From positions 356 to 64,355 of the forward strand of contig JAAENK010000087.1 in NCBI GenBank assembly GCA_024224415.1: a stretch of DNA of 64,000 nt. The letters run 5' to 3'. The first letter of the stretch is position 1, and each line of letters starts with the position of its first letter. The stretch is from Gammaproteobacteria bacterium. Lineage in GTDB: Bacteria > Pseudomonadota > Gammaproteobacteria > GCA-001735895. This document shows positions 34,804 through 44,491 of the stretch, one piece after another. The notes beneath the pieces were generated by a model. That model had not been told where the DNA came from and made no database searches. It saw only the letters and a list, made by a program, of their open reading frames with translations. The translations under genes and the position numbers were made by a program.

Positions 34804-36444
34804 TTAGCTCCTCTGGGCTTCTTCTCGTAATTCAACTCGTCGTATTTTGCCGGAAATGGTTTTTGGCAAGGTCTCGCGGAATACAATCTTGCGTGGATAT
34901 TTATAGGGTGCGGTCTGAGCTTTAACGAATTCCTGAATATTCTTCGCTATTTCATCCGAAACTTCAAAGCCAGGGGCGAGGACGACATAAGCCATGACGA
35001 TCTCCCCGCGGGTTTCATCGGGTTTGGCAACGACGGCGGATTCGATGATGGCCTCATGTTCTATCAGTGTGCTCTCGACTTCAAACGGGCTGATGCGATA
35101 ACCAGATGAGGTGATGATGTCATCCGAGCGACCGACGAACCAGATATAGCCGTCTTCGTCGCGAGTCGCAGTATCGCCTGTGTAGTACCAGCCATTGCGG
35201 AAAGACCTGGCGGTTGCTTCTTCATCCCTGAAGTAACCATCGAATAAACCGGGCGGGTAGGGGTCGGTGACTTTTACCGCGATATGGCCTATCTCATTAT
35301 CACCAAGGATATTACCGTCATCGTCGATGATGTTCACATCGATGCCGGGTACGGGCTTGCCCATCGAACCGGGACGAATTTCCATGCCGGGAATATTGGC
35401 GACGATATTGACGGTTTCGGTCTGGCCGTAACCGTCGTGGATATCGCAACCGGTAGCATTCTTCCAGGAGCGCATTGCCTCTGGATTGAGAGGTTCACCG
35501 GCACCGACGCATTGACGCAGTGAACTCAGGTCATAGCCTGATTTATCTACCTGGGTTAACAGGCGATAAATCGTGGGTGGCGCGCAGAAGGTTGTGACCT
35601 TATGTTCCTGCATAATTCTTAAATGCATATCGGCGTCGAATCCTTCGCCATCGTAAAGTACGACAGTAGCGCCTGCGAGCAGCGGGGGGTAGAGCAAACC
35701 CCAGGCGGCCTTGGCCCAACCGGTATCGGTCAGGGTCAGGTCGACATCGTCTTCGCCCAGGTCTTTCCAATAGTTGCCGGTAATCGAGTGGGCCAGTGCG
35801 TAGGCGTGATTCCTGCCGACCATTTTCGGCATCGCAGTGGTTCCCGAGGTGAAATAGATCAGCATCAACTCATCGGCGCGGGTAGCTGGCAGGCTGGCGC
35901 GATCAATGCTTGCGTCTGCCTCAGCGCAAAGTGTCTCGAAGCTCGACCAGCCTTCGAGGCTATCTCCGCCGATGACAATTAGTTGCTCGAGCGTAGGGCA
36001 ATCGGTTTTAATGGCGTCTACCTTGTCCGCGTGCTCCCGAGTGACAATGGCCAGCTTGGCGCCAGCCTTGTTGATACGGTATTTGATATCCTTGGCGGTA
36101 AGCAAATTGGTGCCGGGCATGGCGACCACGCCGATCTTTTCGCAACCGAAGAGGACGTGATACCACTCGACCAGTCTGGGGATCATAACGAAGGCGAAGT
36201 CACTCCTGGATGCACCAAGCTTGAGCAGGGCATTGGCGAAACGATTCGAAGCACGATCCAGATCAGAATATTTGTGATGGCTAACAGTATCGCCGTTGCG
36301 GTTAATGGCAATCAGCGCTGTCTTGTCGCAATTTTGTGCACGCTTTGCGACGACATCGAAGGCAAAGTTGAAGTCATTGGGCGTATTTAATGAGAATTGC
36401 GCACGCACTGTGTCGTAGTCGAATGCAGCAGATTTATCACTCAT
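34804..36444 (-). CDS. AMP-forming acyl-CoA synthetase (ANL superfamily, medium-chain/aromatic acid type)
   Basis: 546 aa with the ANL motifs YFTSGTTAMPKMV, DGYGQTE, YYTGD and GKIRRVELR. Confidence 0.85.
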   Translation of the reverse strand: MSDKSAAFDYDTVRAQFSLNTPNDFNFAFDVVAKRAQNCDKTALIAINRNGDTVSHHKYSDLDRASNRFANALLKLGASRSDFAFVMIPRLVEWYHVLFGCEKIGVVAMPGTNLLTAKDIKYRINKAGAKLAIVTREHADKVDAIKTDCPTLEQLIVIGGDSLEGWSSFETLCAEADASIDRASLPATRADELMLIYFTSGTTAMPKMVGRNHAYALAHSITGNYWKDLGEDDVDLTLTDTGWAKAAWGLLYPPLLAGATVVLYDGEGFDADMHLRIMQEHKVTTFCAPPTIYRLLTQVDKSGYDLSSLRQCVGAGEPLNPEAMRSWKNATGCDIHDGYGQTETVNIVANIPGMEIRPGSMGKPVPGIDVNIIDDDGNILGDNEIGHIAVKVTDPYPPGLFDGYFRDEEATARSFRNGWYYTGDTATRDEDGYIWFVGRSDDIITSSGYRISPFEVESTLIEHEAIIESAVVAKPDETRGEIVMAYVVLAPGFEVSDEIAKNIQEFVKAQTAPYKYPRKIVFRETLPKTISGKIRRVELREEAQRS

Positions 36445-36515
36445 TAATATGTCTCCAGAATGGTTTTTATGAGTTTCCCGGTTGCCAGAATTCTATTTAG
36501 AGTTTAGTATTGAGC

Positions 36516-36539
36516 CTGAATTCTGTATTCAGTATACAG
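36516..36539. promoter_or_regulatory. Overlapping palindromes in the divergent acyl-CoA synthetase / aorA promoter region
   Basis: CTGAAT-tctgt-ATTCAG lies at 36516-36532 and CTGTAT-tcagt-ATACAG at 36523-36539. A related CCAGAATTCT (36485) and CCTGAATTCT (36515) are 30 bp apart. Confidence 0.2.
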
Positions 36540-36571
36540 CAAATTAATAAAAACTGAAGAGGGGGAATTAA

Positions 36572-37051
36572 ATGCAACAATGTCTCAATATTGATCCCGG
36601 AAAATGTACTGGTTGTCGCCAGTGCGAGTTGGGGTGCTCATTCGCGCATGAAGAATTCTTCAGTTCGTCACGATCGCGGATTAAGGTTTTCGATCTGCAT
36701 GACCAGGGTCTGTTCGTGCCCTATACCTGTACGCAATGCGCCGATGCCTGGTGCATGGCTGCCTGCCCGGTCGATGCTATCCAGGTCGATGCCGATACCG
36801 GTGCCAAAACCGTCGATACTGGTGTCTGCGTGGGTTGCAAGGTCTGCACCATTGCCTGCCCGTTTGGCACGATTAACTATGTCTCTGCAACCGGCAAAGT
36901 CGCCAAGTGCGACTTATGTGGCGGTGACCCGGCCTGCGTCAAGGCTTGTCCGACAGGTGCGATCAGCTACATCGATTCCGATACGGCGGGATTTTCGAAG
37001 ATGCAGCAGTGGGTCGATAAGACCGCAGCACAACACAACGTACAGACCTAA
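36572..37051 (+). CDS. aorA: Polyferredoxin electron-transfer subunit (four 4Fe-4S motifs), AorA-like
   Basis: 159 aa with four Cys clusters: CTGCRQCELGC, CTQCADAWCMAACP, CVGCKVCTIACP and CDLCGGDPACVKACP. It lies directly upstream of the AOR catalytic gene. Confidence 0.8.
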   Translation: MQQCLNIDPGKCTGCRQCELGCSFAHEEFFSSSRSRIKVFDLHDQGLFVPYTCTQCADAWCMAACPVDAIQVDADTGAKTVDTGVCVGCKVCTIACPFGTINYVSATGKVAKCDLCGGDPACVKACPTGAISYIDSDTAGFSKMQQWVDKTAAQHNVQT

Positions 37052-37062
37052 CGGGGGGCAAA

Positions 37063-38913
37063 ATGGCCTGGAATCAGAAAGTTTTAAGAGTTGACCTCAG
37101 CAACGGTAGCTGTGTCAATGAAGCCCTGAATATGAGATGGGCAAAAAAGTACCTCGGCCAACGCGGCCTGGGGTCAAAATATCTAAGTGAGGAAATTGAT
37201 CCCACGGTAGATCCACTCTCAGCCGACAATAAATTGATCTTTGTTACGGGACCGTTAACAGGTACCTGTGCATCGACCAGCGCACGCTATTCGGTAGTCA
37301 CCAAGGGTCCGTTGACCGGCGCTATCGCCTGTTCCAATTCTGGTGGTCAGATGGGTGCGGAATTACGCATGGCTGGATGGGATATGGTGATATTTGAGGG
37401 CCGTTCGGCGCAGCCGGTTTATCTGGTCATCAGGGATGACAAGGCGGAGTTACATAACGCCGATGGTTTCATCTGGGGCAAGACGGTCTGGGAGACTGAA
37501 TCGGCGATCAGGGCAAAACACGGCGACTCACAGATGCGGGTTGCCGCCATCGGAGCACCCGGTGAGCGTGGAGTACTGTTTTCCTGCATTGTTAATGACC
37601 AGCACCGTGCGGCTGGCCGCTCCGGGGTCGGCGCGGTTATGGGCTCAAAAAATCTTAAAGCCGTCGCGGTGCGCGGCACCGGTTGCGTTGAAGTTAATGA
37701 TCCGGATCAGTTCATGCAAGCCACCAATGCGGCTAAAGCTGTGCTGGCGGAACACCCGGTAACAGGTCAGGGTTTACCGGCTTACGGCACGCAGGTATTG
37801 ATGAACGTGATCAACCAGTCCGGAGCTTTGCCCACCCGCAACGCCCGTGATGTTCAGTTCGAAGGCGCAGAGAATATTTCAGCCGAGGCTATGGTCGAAA
37901 AGCGTGCAACCGACAATAAGCCAAATCTGGTGCGTAATGCCGCCTGCTTCAGTTGCACCATCGCCTGTGGGCGGATTTCGCAAATCGATCGTAGTCATTT
38001 TACGGTGAAAGAGCGACCCGAATACTGGAAGGCGTCGGGTGGCCTGGAATACGAAAATGCCTGGAGCCTGGGGGCTGCCAATGGCGTCGATGACCTCGAA
38101 GCAATTACCTTCATCAACTTTCTATGCAACGAACACGGCCTCGACCCCATCACGCTGGGCGCAACCCTGTCTGCTGCAATGGAGCTGTATGATGTCGGTG
38201 CGATTAGCGACAAAGATTGCGGAGGCATTAAACTAAAATTTGGCGATGCCAGGGCCCTGGTGCAAATGGCTGAAATGACTATCAGCGGCGAAGGCTTTGG
38301 CAAGGAGATAGGCCAGGGCTCGAAGCGACTATGTGAAAAATATGGCCACGCCGATTTATCGATGACCGTCAAAGGGCTGGAATTTCCGGCCTATGATCCG
38401 CGTGGTGTGCAGGGCATGGGATTAACCTATGCAACTTCTAATAGAGGGGCCTGCCATGTGCGAAGTTATACGGTTGGCTCCGAGATCATGGGTGTACCGG
38501 TAAAGACCGACCCGCATGTCACCGAAGGCAAGGCCGAACTGGTCATGGCTGTGCAGGATGCGACCGGTGCATTCGATTCGGCGGGCGTATGCATATTCAC
38601 CTCTTTTGGTTGGACGCTCGAGGATCTAGCCGCGCAGGTCGATGCAGCCTGCAGTGGTGAGTGGACGGTAGACAAGCTGGTTGAGGTGGGTGAACGAATC
38701 TGGAATCTGGAACGCAAGTTCAACCTCGCTGCCGGGCTTACCGGCAAAGACGATACATTGCCGAAGCGAATACTGAAAGAGGCGGCCAGGACTGGCCCGG
38801 CCAAAGGCATGACCTGTCGACTCGACGAAATGTTACCCGAGTATTATGCACTCAGGGGGTGGACCAAGGATGGTGTGCCAACCACTAAAACACTCAATCG
38901 ACTGAAGTTGTAG
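37063..38913 (+). CDS. aorB: Aldehyde:ferredoxin oxidoreductase family catalytic subunit (tungsten/molybdopterin), AorB-like
   Basis: 616 aa. The N-terminal AOR domain (KVLRVDLSNGS...YLGQRGLGSKYL, FVTGPLTG), the region around CFSCTIAC and the C-terminal AFOR domains (GLEYENAW, GMGLTYATSNRGACH) are all present. Confidence 0.9.
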   Translation: MAWNQKVLRVDLSNGSCVNEALNMRWAKKYLGQRGLGSKYLSEEIDPTVDPLSADNKLIFVTGPLTGTCASTSARYSVVTKGPLTGAIACSNSGGQMGAELRMAGWDMVIFEGRSAQPVYLVIRDDKAELHNADGFIWGKTVWETESAIRAKHGDSQMRVAAIGAPGERGVLFSCIVNDQHRAAGRSGVGAVMGSKNLKAVAVRGTGCVEVNDPDQFMQATNAAKAVLAEHPVTGQGLPAYGTQVLMNVINQSGALPTRNARDVQFEGAENISAEAMVEKRATDNKPNLVRNAACFSCTIACGRISQIDRSHFTVKERPEYWKASGGLEYENAWSLGAANGVDDLEAITFINFLCNEHGLDPITLGATLSAAMELYDVGAISDKDCGGIKLKFGDARALVQMAEMTISGEGFGKEIGQGSKRLCEKYGHADLSMTVKGLEFPAYDPRGVQGMGLTYATSNRGACHVRSYTVGSEIMGVPVKTDPHVTEGKAELVMAVQDATGAFDSAGVCIFTSFGWTLEDLAAQVDAACSGEWTVDKLVEVGERIWNLERKFNLAAGLTGKDDTLPKRILKEAARTGPAKGMTCRLDEMLPEYYALRGWTKDGVPTTKTLNRLKL

Positions 38914-38933
38914 TCAACACCGGCTCAGGCATA

Positions 38934-40184
38934 GTGTCTGCCATGAAGCATGTCATTATTGGCGCCGGACCAGCAGGCGTGAGTGCAGCAGAGCACTTGC
39001 GCAAGCTGGACAGTACAGCCGAAATCGTGATCATTGGCGACGAAGCCGAACCACCTTATTCGCGCATGGCCATCCCCTATTATCTGGTCGGTGATATCGA
39101 GGAGGCCGGTACCTGGCAGCGTAAAAATGGCAAACATTTTAAGAACCTCGGCGTCAAACTCATCCATGACACCGTGGTCTCGGTTTCACCATCGTCGGTT
39201 CGGCTTAAGACCGGCAAACGCATAAATTTTGATAGGCTTTTGATTGCCACGGGTTCACGGCCAGTACAGCCACCGGTTCGAGGTCTGAACCACCCTGCCG
39301 TGCATCATTGCTGGACACTCGCCGATGCACGAGAAATTGCCAAGCGGATGCAGAAGGGTAGCGAAGTTGTATTGATGGGCGCGGGCTTCATTGGTTGTAT
39401 CATCCTGCAAGCCCTGGTCGAGCGTGGCGTTGACCTGACCGTAGTTGAAATGGAAGAACACATGGTGCCGCGCATGATGAATGCCGAAGCCGGCGCCATG
39501 ATCAAGCGTTGGTGTCAGGCCAGGGGAGTCCGTATCATCACCTCGGCACACGTTATCGAAGTTGCACAACAGACAGAGAGTGAAAAAACCGATGTTATCA
39601 TCAGTACCGGCGAAGCGCTGTCGGCCGATTTAATCATCGTCGCCACCGGTGTTCGGGCCAACCTGGGCTTTCTCGAAGGCAGCGCAATCGCAGTCGATCA
39701 AGGCGTGGTGGTCGACCGCCAGTTGCAAACCAGTATCTACGGTATATTTGCCGCCGGGGATGTGGCGCAGGGGCCGGATTTTTCCACCAACGGCACAGCA
39801 GTACATGCGATTCAAACCACAGCCAGTCAGCATGGGCGTATTGCCGCACTGAACATGGCGGGCAGAAAAGTGCTATACCATGGCTCGCTGGCAATGAATA
39901 CTCTGGAGACCCTGGGCCTGATCTCAACATCCTATGGAAACTGGCAAGGTGTACCGGATGGAGATTCAGCAGTCGCTATCAACGCCGATGCCTATCGTTA
40001 CCTGTCGCTACAATTCGATGGTGATGTGATTATCGGTGCAATCGCTATTGGTTTAACCGATCATATCGGTGCCCTGCGGGGGCTCATCGAAAGCCGGATA
40101 AAACTGGGGTTGTGGAAAGACAGACTAGTTGAGGATCCGTATCGGCTGATGGAAGCTTATCTGGCTCGAACCGGACCGGGGTGA
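38934..40184 (+). CDS. aorC: FAD/NAD(P)-dependent pyridine-nucleotide-disulfide-family oxidoreductase, AorC-like
   Basis: 416 aa with two Rossmann motifs (VIIGAGPAGVSAAEHL and VVLMGAGFIGCIILQAL) and FAAGDVA. The gene order matches the AorABC enzyme of Aromatoleum aromaticum. Confidence 0.75.
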   Translation: MSAMKHVIIGAGPAGVSAAEHLRKLDSTAEIVIIGDEAEPPYSRMAIPYYLVGDIEEAGTWQRKNGKHFKNLGVKLIHDTVVSVSPSSVRLKTGKRINFDRLLIATGSRPVQPPVRGLNHPAVHHCWTLADAREIAKRMQKGSEVVLMGAGFIGCIILQALVERGVDLTVVEMEEHMVPRMMNAEAGAMIKRWCQARGVRIITSAHVIEVAQQTESEKTDVIISTGEALSADLIIVATGVRANLGFLEGSAIAVDQGVVVDRQLQTSIYGIFAAGDVAQGPDFSTNGTAVHAIQTTASQHGRIAALNMAGRKVLYHGSLAMNTLETLGLISTSYGNWQGVPDGDSAVAINADAYRYLSLQFDGDVIIGAIAIGLTDHIGALRGLIESRIKLGLWKDRLVEDPYRLMEAYLARTGPG

Positions 40185-40364
40185 TTGTCTGAGTTTTAGT
40201 GGTGGAAGGTTGTCGGTATCTCTGCATGGGTTTCAAGCGAATGGCTAAATCGATTCAGCCTTGCAGCGAGTAAAAGGCAGTATCAAATAATCAAATCCTG
40301 ATAGTTGAAATCAACGGGGATAAGGAGCAAAGTAGGTCGCATGGAATACAAGAAGGAGAATACT

Positions 40365-40787
40365 ATGTCAGAGCTAAATGAAGCGAAAGGGTCCTGTCTT
40401 TGCGGCGCCATTCATTTTACTGCCAGGAAGGCTAATAAAGGCGTAGGCGCATGCCATTGCGGTATGTGCAGAAAATGGGGAGGCGGAGCGCTGATGGCTG
40501 TAAATTCTGGCAGCGATGTATTATTCAAAGGAGAAGAAAATATATCGGTATACGATTCTTCGGCCTGGGCGGAGCGAGGTTTCTGTAAACAATGCGGAAG
40601 CCACCTGTTTTATCGGTTGAAAGAAAGCAGGCAACACATCATTCCGGTCGGTCTTTTCGAAAATCAGGAATCATTTGTTTTTGAAAATCAGGTTTTTATA
40701 GATAAGAAGCCTTCGTTTTACAGCTTTTCAAATAAAACAAATAATATGACTGAAGCCGAGGTTTTTGAAATGTATGGTGCGTCATAA
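40365..40787 (+). CDS. GFA (glutathione-dependent formaldehyde-activating enzyme / CENP-V) family protein
   Basis: From MSELNEAKGSCLCGAIHF, with Cys-rich zinc motifs (CLCG, CHCGMCRKWGG, CKQCGSHLF). AAGGAG lies 7 nt upstream of this ATG, so the track start at 40305 is probably too long. Confidence 0.75.
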   Translation: MSELNEAKGSCLCGAIHFTARKANKGVGACHCGMCRKWGGGALMAVNSGSDVLFKGEENISVYDSSAWAERGFCKQCGSHLFYRLKESRQHIIPVGLFENQESFVFENQVFIDKKPSFYSFSNKTNNMTEAEVFEMYGAS

Positions 40788-40859
40788 ATACATGTAGCGC
40801 ATATTCTCCATAAAAATCTTCGAAGAACCGGTTTATCTATAGCTTCGTCACAACACCCT

Positions 40860-41648
40860 CTAAGGATGATGATCCCCCAGTCGTGAAACAGGCATCACAC
40901 TGATTCCATCAGCATCCTGGACTATATTGGTTTTCACTCCATAAACTTCGGCAATATTTTCGGCGGTCATAATTTTGTCTGGTGCGCCGCTCGTATACAA
41001 CTCTCCATGATTAATAATATATAGCCTGTCACAAAAGCGTGAGGCGAGGCTAAGATCGTGCAGTACGACAACAGATGCCTGGTCGTTGCGGCTGTGGTTG
41101 CGTAGGATTTCCATGACGTGTAGCTGGTGGTAGGGATCCAGCGCGGCGACCGGCTCATCGGCAAAGATTATCTGCGGGTCGGTGGCGAAGATGCGGGCTA
41201 ACATGACGAGGGTATGCTCTCCACCGGAAAGGGTCGAGACGATACGGTTCCGATAAGCCAGGGTTTCGGTGACTTCCATTGCCCGGTATATTTTACTCTG
41301 ATCTTCATCCGAGCTATGTTGCCACCATTTCTGGTGCGGAATGCGACCTAGTCCAACCGTTTTTTCGACGCTAAAAGGCCAGTAAGCTTTCGCCGCCTGC
41401 ACCAGGTAACCGATACGCCTGGCGCGCTGCTCAGCCGATATCTGGGTTACGTTTGTATCATCGTAAAATATTTCTCCGCTGCTGGCCTTTTCGACACAGG
41501 TTAACAGCCGCAACAGAGTGCTTTTACCGGCGCCATTGGGGCCAATTAGACCCACCATTTCTCCGGCATTTACTTCAATATCGATACCTTTCAATATCGA
41601 TATGTCGCCTATTTGAAACCCCAGGTTTAATCCCTGCAACAGACTCAT
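40860..41648 (-). CDS. ABC transporter ATP-binding protein (iron-siderophore/cobalamin FecE/BtuD type)
   Basis: Walker A GPNGAGKSTLL, the signature LSGGE and Walker B VVVLHD are present. It overlaps the permease gene by 4 nt. Confidence 0.88.
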   Translation of the reverse strand: MSLLQGLNLGFQIGDISILKGIDIEVNAGEMVGLIGPNGAGKSTLLRLLTCVEKASSGEIFYDDTNVTQISAEQRARRIGYLVQAAKAYWPFSVEKTVGLGRIPHQKWWQHSSDEDQSKIYRAMEVTETLAYRNRIVSTLSGGEHTLVMLARIFATDPQIIFADEPVAALDPYHQLHVMEILRNHSRNDQASVVVLHDLSLASRFCDRLYIINHGELYTSGAPDKIMTAENIAEVYGVKTNIVQDADGISVMPVSRLGDHHP

Positions 41649-42649
41649 AGCATGAGGTTCCTGGTCTTCAGAATGAGAAATAGAAAAAATGGGCCGCCGA
41701 CCAGTGAAGTAATGACACCGAGTTTTAACTCACCGCCGCTGGATAGCAATTGTACCGCGATATCGGCAAATACCAATAATAACGCACCGCCGATGGCGCT
41801 GGGTAAAAGTAATCGTCTCGGTTCGGAGCCTACGAAAGGCCTGATTAAGTGGGGAACAACAAGTCCAATAAAACCTATATTGCCGGCCACCGAAACTGCC
41901 GCGCCGACACTGGCCGCTACACCAATCACCAGAATCCAGCGTAGTCGTTTTACATCAAAGCCCATGGACATTGCGGTTTCTTCACCGAGGGTGAGGGCAT
42001 TAAGAAATCGTCCACAATATAAAATAAGTCCCCAGCCAACCACCACGAACGGTAGTGCTATCAGCAGTTCATTCATACTGCGATTCGCTACAGAACCGAG
42101 TAACCAGAATACGATTTCATTCATCGCGTAAGGGTTGGGCGCAAAGTTCAATGCCAGCGCAATCAAAGCACCGCCAATTGCATTGATAGCGACGCCTGCC
42201 AAAATCAGCGTAACAACGGATTTACTGTTACCAACCAGAGTAAATATGATCACCACCGAAACCAGTGCGCCTAATAATCCACCGAGTGGCAGCGCAAACC
42301 AGGCGAAATTTGCGTAGCCAAAATAAAATACCATTACCGCGCCAAACGCCGCGCAATTCGACACTCCGATAATACCCGGCTCGGCAAGAGGATTGCGTAA
42401 CAGACCCTGCAAGGCCGCACCCGCGAGACCCAGTGTGGCGCCTATTAACATCGCCAGTAATGCGCGCGGCAGACGAATATCGAACAGAATGAGTGAGTCG
42501 ATAGTGGACTGCCCTGCAAACAAGTCCATCACCGCTTTGCCGATACCGATATTCACCGGGCCAACCATTAGCGCAACACAAAAAACCGCAAGCAGACTGG
42601 TAGCCAATCCAGTTAGCAAAGGTGTATTGGAGATCGAAGTAACTTTCAT
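41645..42649 (-). CDS. FecCD/BtuC-family ABC permease
   Basis: 334 aa and polytopic. RLPRALLAMLIGATLGLAGAALQGLLRNPLAEPGIIGVS is the FecCD signature region. Confidence 0.88.
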   Translation of the reverse strand: MKVTSISNTPLLTGLATSLLAVFCVALMVGPVNIGIGKAVMDLFAGQSTIDSLILFDIRLPRALLAMLIGATLGLAGAALQGLLRNPLAEPGIIGVSNCAAFGAVMVFYFGYANFAWFALPLGGLLGALVSVVIIFTLVGNSKSVVTLILAGVAINAIGGALIALALNFAPNPYAMNEIVFWLLGSVANRSMNELLIALPFVVVGWGLILYCGRFLNALTLGEETAMSMGFDVKRLRWILVIGVAASVGAAVSVAGNIGFIGLVVPHLIRPFVGSEPRRLLLPSAIGGALLLVFADIAVQLLSSGGELKLGVITSLVGGPFFLFLILKTRNLML

Positions 42650-43476
42650 CGTTTTGCCGCCATATATGCAATCGCCTCGGTTACCATCGGCCCCGCGCAG
42701 GCGCGAACACGAGAAGGGATAAACAGATGCTCTTTTTCATCGACTACCTTGTTAAGCACGGGGTGTCCGAGGTAGCGGTTGGCGAGTGAATCACGGTTAA
42801 AAACATGATTATCAATTTGTATGAAATCGGGCTTTGCGACAATCACCTGCTCCAGAGAAATTGCTTTAAATCCGACTATGCCCATTTCTGCGGACAGATT
42901 ACGAAAGCCGGCAAGTTTCAGTACGTCATGCTCCAGCGTGTTAGCGCCAATGGTATATCCATTGGGGGAATAAATGATGGTGCTTCTCTCGGGTCTATGC
43001 GCATACCGCACCCGGATATCGATGATCTCCTGCTTCATCCCGGCGATTAATGCCGCGGCTCTGACCTGGTTGCCAGTCCACTCTCCAAAGCGGGTTAGCA
43101 GTCCATAAATATCTTCTACCGTCTTCGGTAAACTTACAAGTTTGACTTCATACCCCAGCTGACGGAGAAACCGCGTGGTATCTCTTGCGGCAAAATGACT
43201 GCCAACAATCAAATCGGGTTTGTACGGAATAATCTCTTCTACCGAAGTATTATTGAGTGGAATCTCACCAACCGTATCGGCCATGTATGACATTTGCTGA
43301 TTGGTCGACGATGTCGTTAAAGATGCTATTTGTGATCGATTGGCCATCATTAACAACAGTTGGTCGGTACACAAACCAATCGACACGATGCGTTGAGGGT
43401 CGGCTATTGCATTGAGCGGTAGCATTACTAGCAAACAGACAACCACAGTGAGTTTTTGTTGTATTTCTGTCATCAA
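42646..43476 (-). CDS. Periplasmic substrate-binding protein, class III (BtuF/FhuD-like)
   Basis: A signal peptide is followed by RIVSIGLCTDQLLL and PDLIV blocks. It is 4-nt coupled to the permease gene. Confidence 0.78.
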   Translation of the reverse strand: MMTEIQQKLTVVVCLLVMLPLNAIADPQRIVSIGLCTDQLLLMMANRSQIASLTTSSTNQQMSYMADTVGEIPLNNTSVEEIIPYKPDLIVGSHFAARDTTRFLRQLGYEVKLVSLPKTVEDIYGLLTRFGEWTGNQVRAAALIAGMKQEIIDIRVRYAHRPERSTIIYSPNGYTIGANTLEHDVLKLAGFRNLSAEMGIVGFKAISLEQVIVAKPDFIQIDNHVFNRDSLANRYLGHPVLNKVVDEKEHLFIPSRVRACAGPMVTEAIAYMAAKR

Positions 43477-43513
43477 AGTGTCAAATAAAAATTTTAAAAA
43501 TCCCGGGGCAATA

Positions 43514-44491
43514 CTAGCCAGGTAAACTCCGCATACGCCGAGCGATAGCGGCCGACTTCATTGCCCAGAGAGTATTGATCGCCAGCGTGCCGAGGATGAT
43601 CGCACCCCCGATAAAAGTACTCAAGCCAGGTTTTTCATCGAGCGCGAGCCAGACCCAGGTTGGCCCCAGTACCGACTCCAGCAACAGCATTAAGCCAACC
43701 TCCGAGGCCGGGATATATTTGGGTCCGATATACATCAACCCAGTACCAAGCGGCAACATATAAACCCCCATAATTATGAGAAATCCCATATCCTGTTGCG
43801 TCACCGCAAATGGTTGCGCCAACGGCATAATAACCAGCGCAGTCACGAGGCCGCTGGTGGAAATAACCGGGAATACCGAAATCGTCGGCTTGACTCGTAC
43901 TACGGTAAACCCTGCTGCAAGGAAAAAGGCCCCGACCATCGCGGCAATATCACCAAATAAAGTCGCTGTCTGATTGCCACTGTCCGAACTGATTACGTAG
44001 ACACCAACGACAACTAGAAAAATAGCGCACCAGGTTCGCAGCTCGATTTTCTCCCGCAATACCACGAAACCGATCAGGGCAGCAAACAACGGTGTGGTGC
44101 TGAGGATAATCAGCGTATTGGCGACACTGGTGTGGGTGATTGCGGTAATAAAAGAAATCGTGCCGATGCTGTACAACACCACCATGAGCAAACCGTGCCG
44201 CCCCATCTCCCGATAAGCTCGCCAGGTCTGGTTTGGGTGCACCAGACTGGTCAATATCCACATGCCGAAGGACAGCAGCAACGCCCGCCAGAAAATCAAC
44301 GTCCAGTGATCGACGTGAATCAAACGCGTCAGCAGACCATCCGGAGAAATGATTAGCACGCCGAGGGCAGTGATGATGACCCCTTTGAGGTGTTGCGAAA
44401 GTACCGGCATAGTGGCTACTGAAAAAAAACAACCCGCAATATGCCAGAACTGGGGCTGGGAATCCATTACCGATACTAATTTGAAATACAT
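43514..44491 (-). CDS. EamA/DMT-family transporter; start uncertain
   Basis: About 10 TM segments in two EamA-like halves. It heads the same-strand cluster with the ABC importer. Confidence 0.7.
   Translation of the reverse strand: MYFKLVSVMDSQPQFWHIAGCFFSVATMPVLSQHLKGVIITALGVLIISPDGLLTRLIHVDHWTLIFWRALLLSFGMWILTSLVHPNQTWRAYREMGRHGLLMVVLYSIGTISFITAITHTSVANTLIILSTTPLFAALIGFVVLREKIELRTWCAIFLVVVGVYVISSDSGNQTATLFGDIAAMVGAFFLAAGFTVVRVKPTISVFPVISTSGLVTALVIMPLAQPFAVTQQDMGFLIIMGVYMLPLGTGLMYIGPKYIPASEVGLMLLLESVLGPTWVWLALDEKPGLSTFIGGAIILGTLAINTLWAMKSAAIARRMRSLPG

Noticed and set aside
36591-37094. A 167-aa + strand ORF overlapping nearly all of aorA in another frame. Similar long alternative-frame or antisense ORFs lie at 5254..5724, 5948..6559, 10425..10943, 18441..19010, 35983..36390, 41652..42131, 43950..44432, 47794..48249 and 49908..50336.
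   Set aside because: Each lies wholly inside a CDS with strong family motifs. Each has the Arg/Ser/Pro/Ala-rich, motif-free composition typical of off-frame translation of coding DNA. None has supporting start-site signals. There is no positive evidence for overlapping genes.
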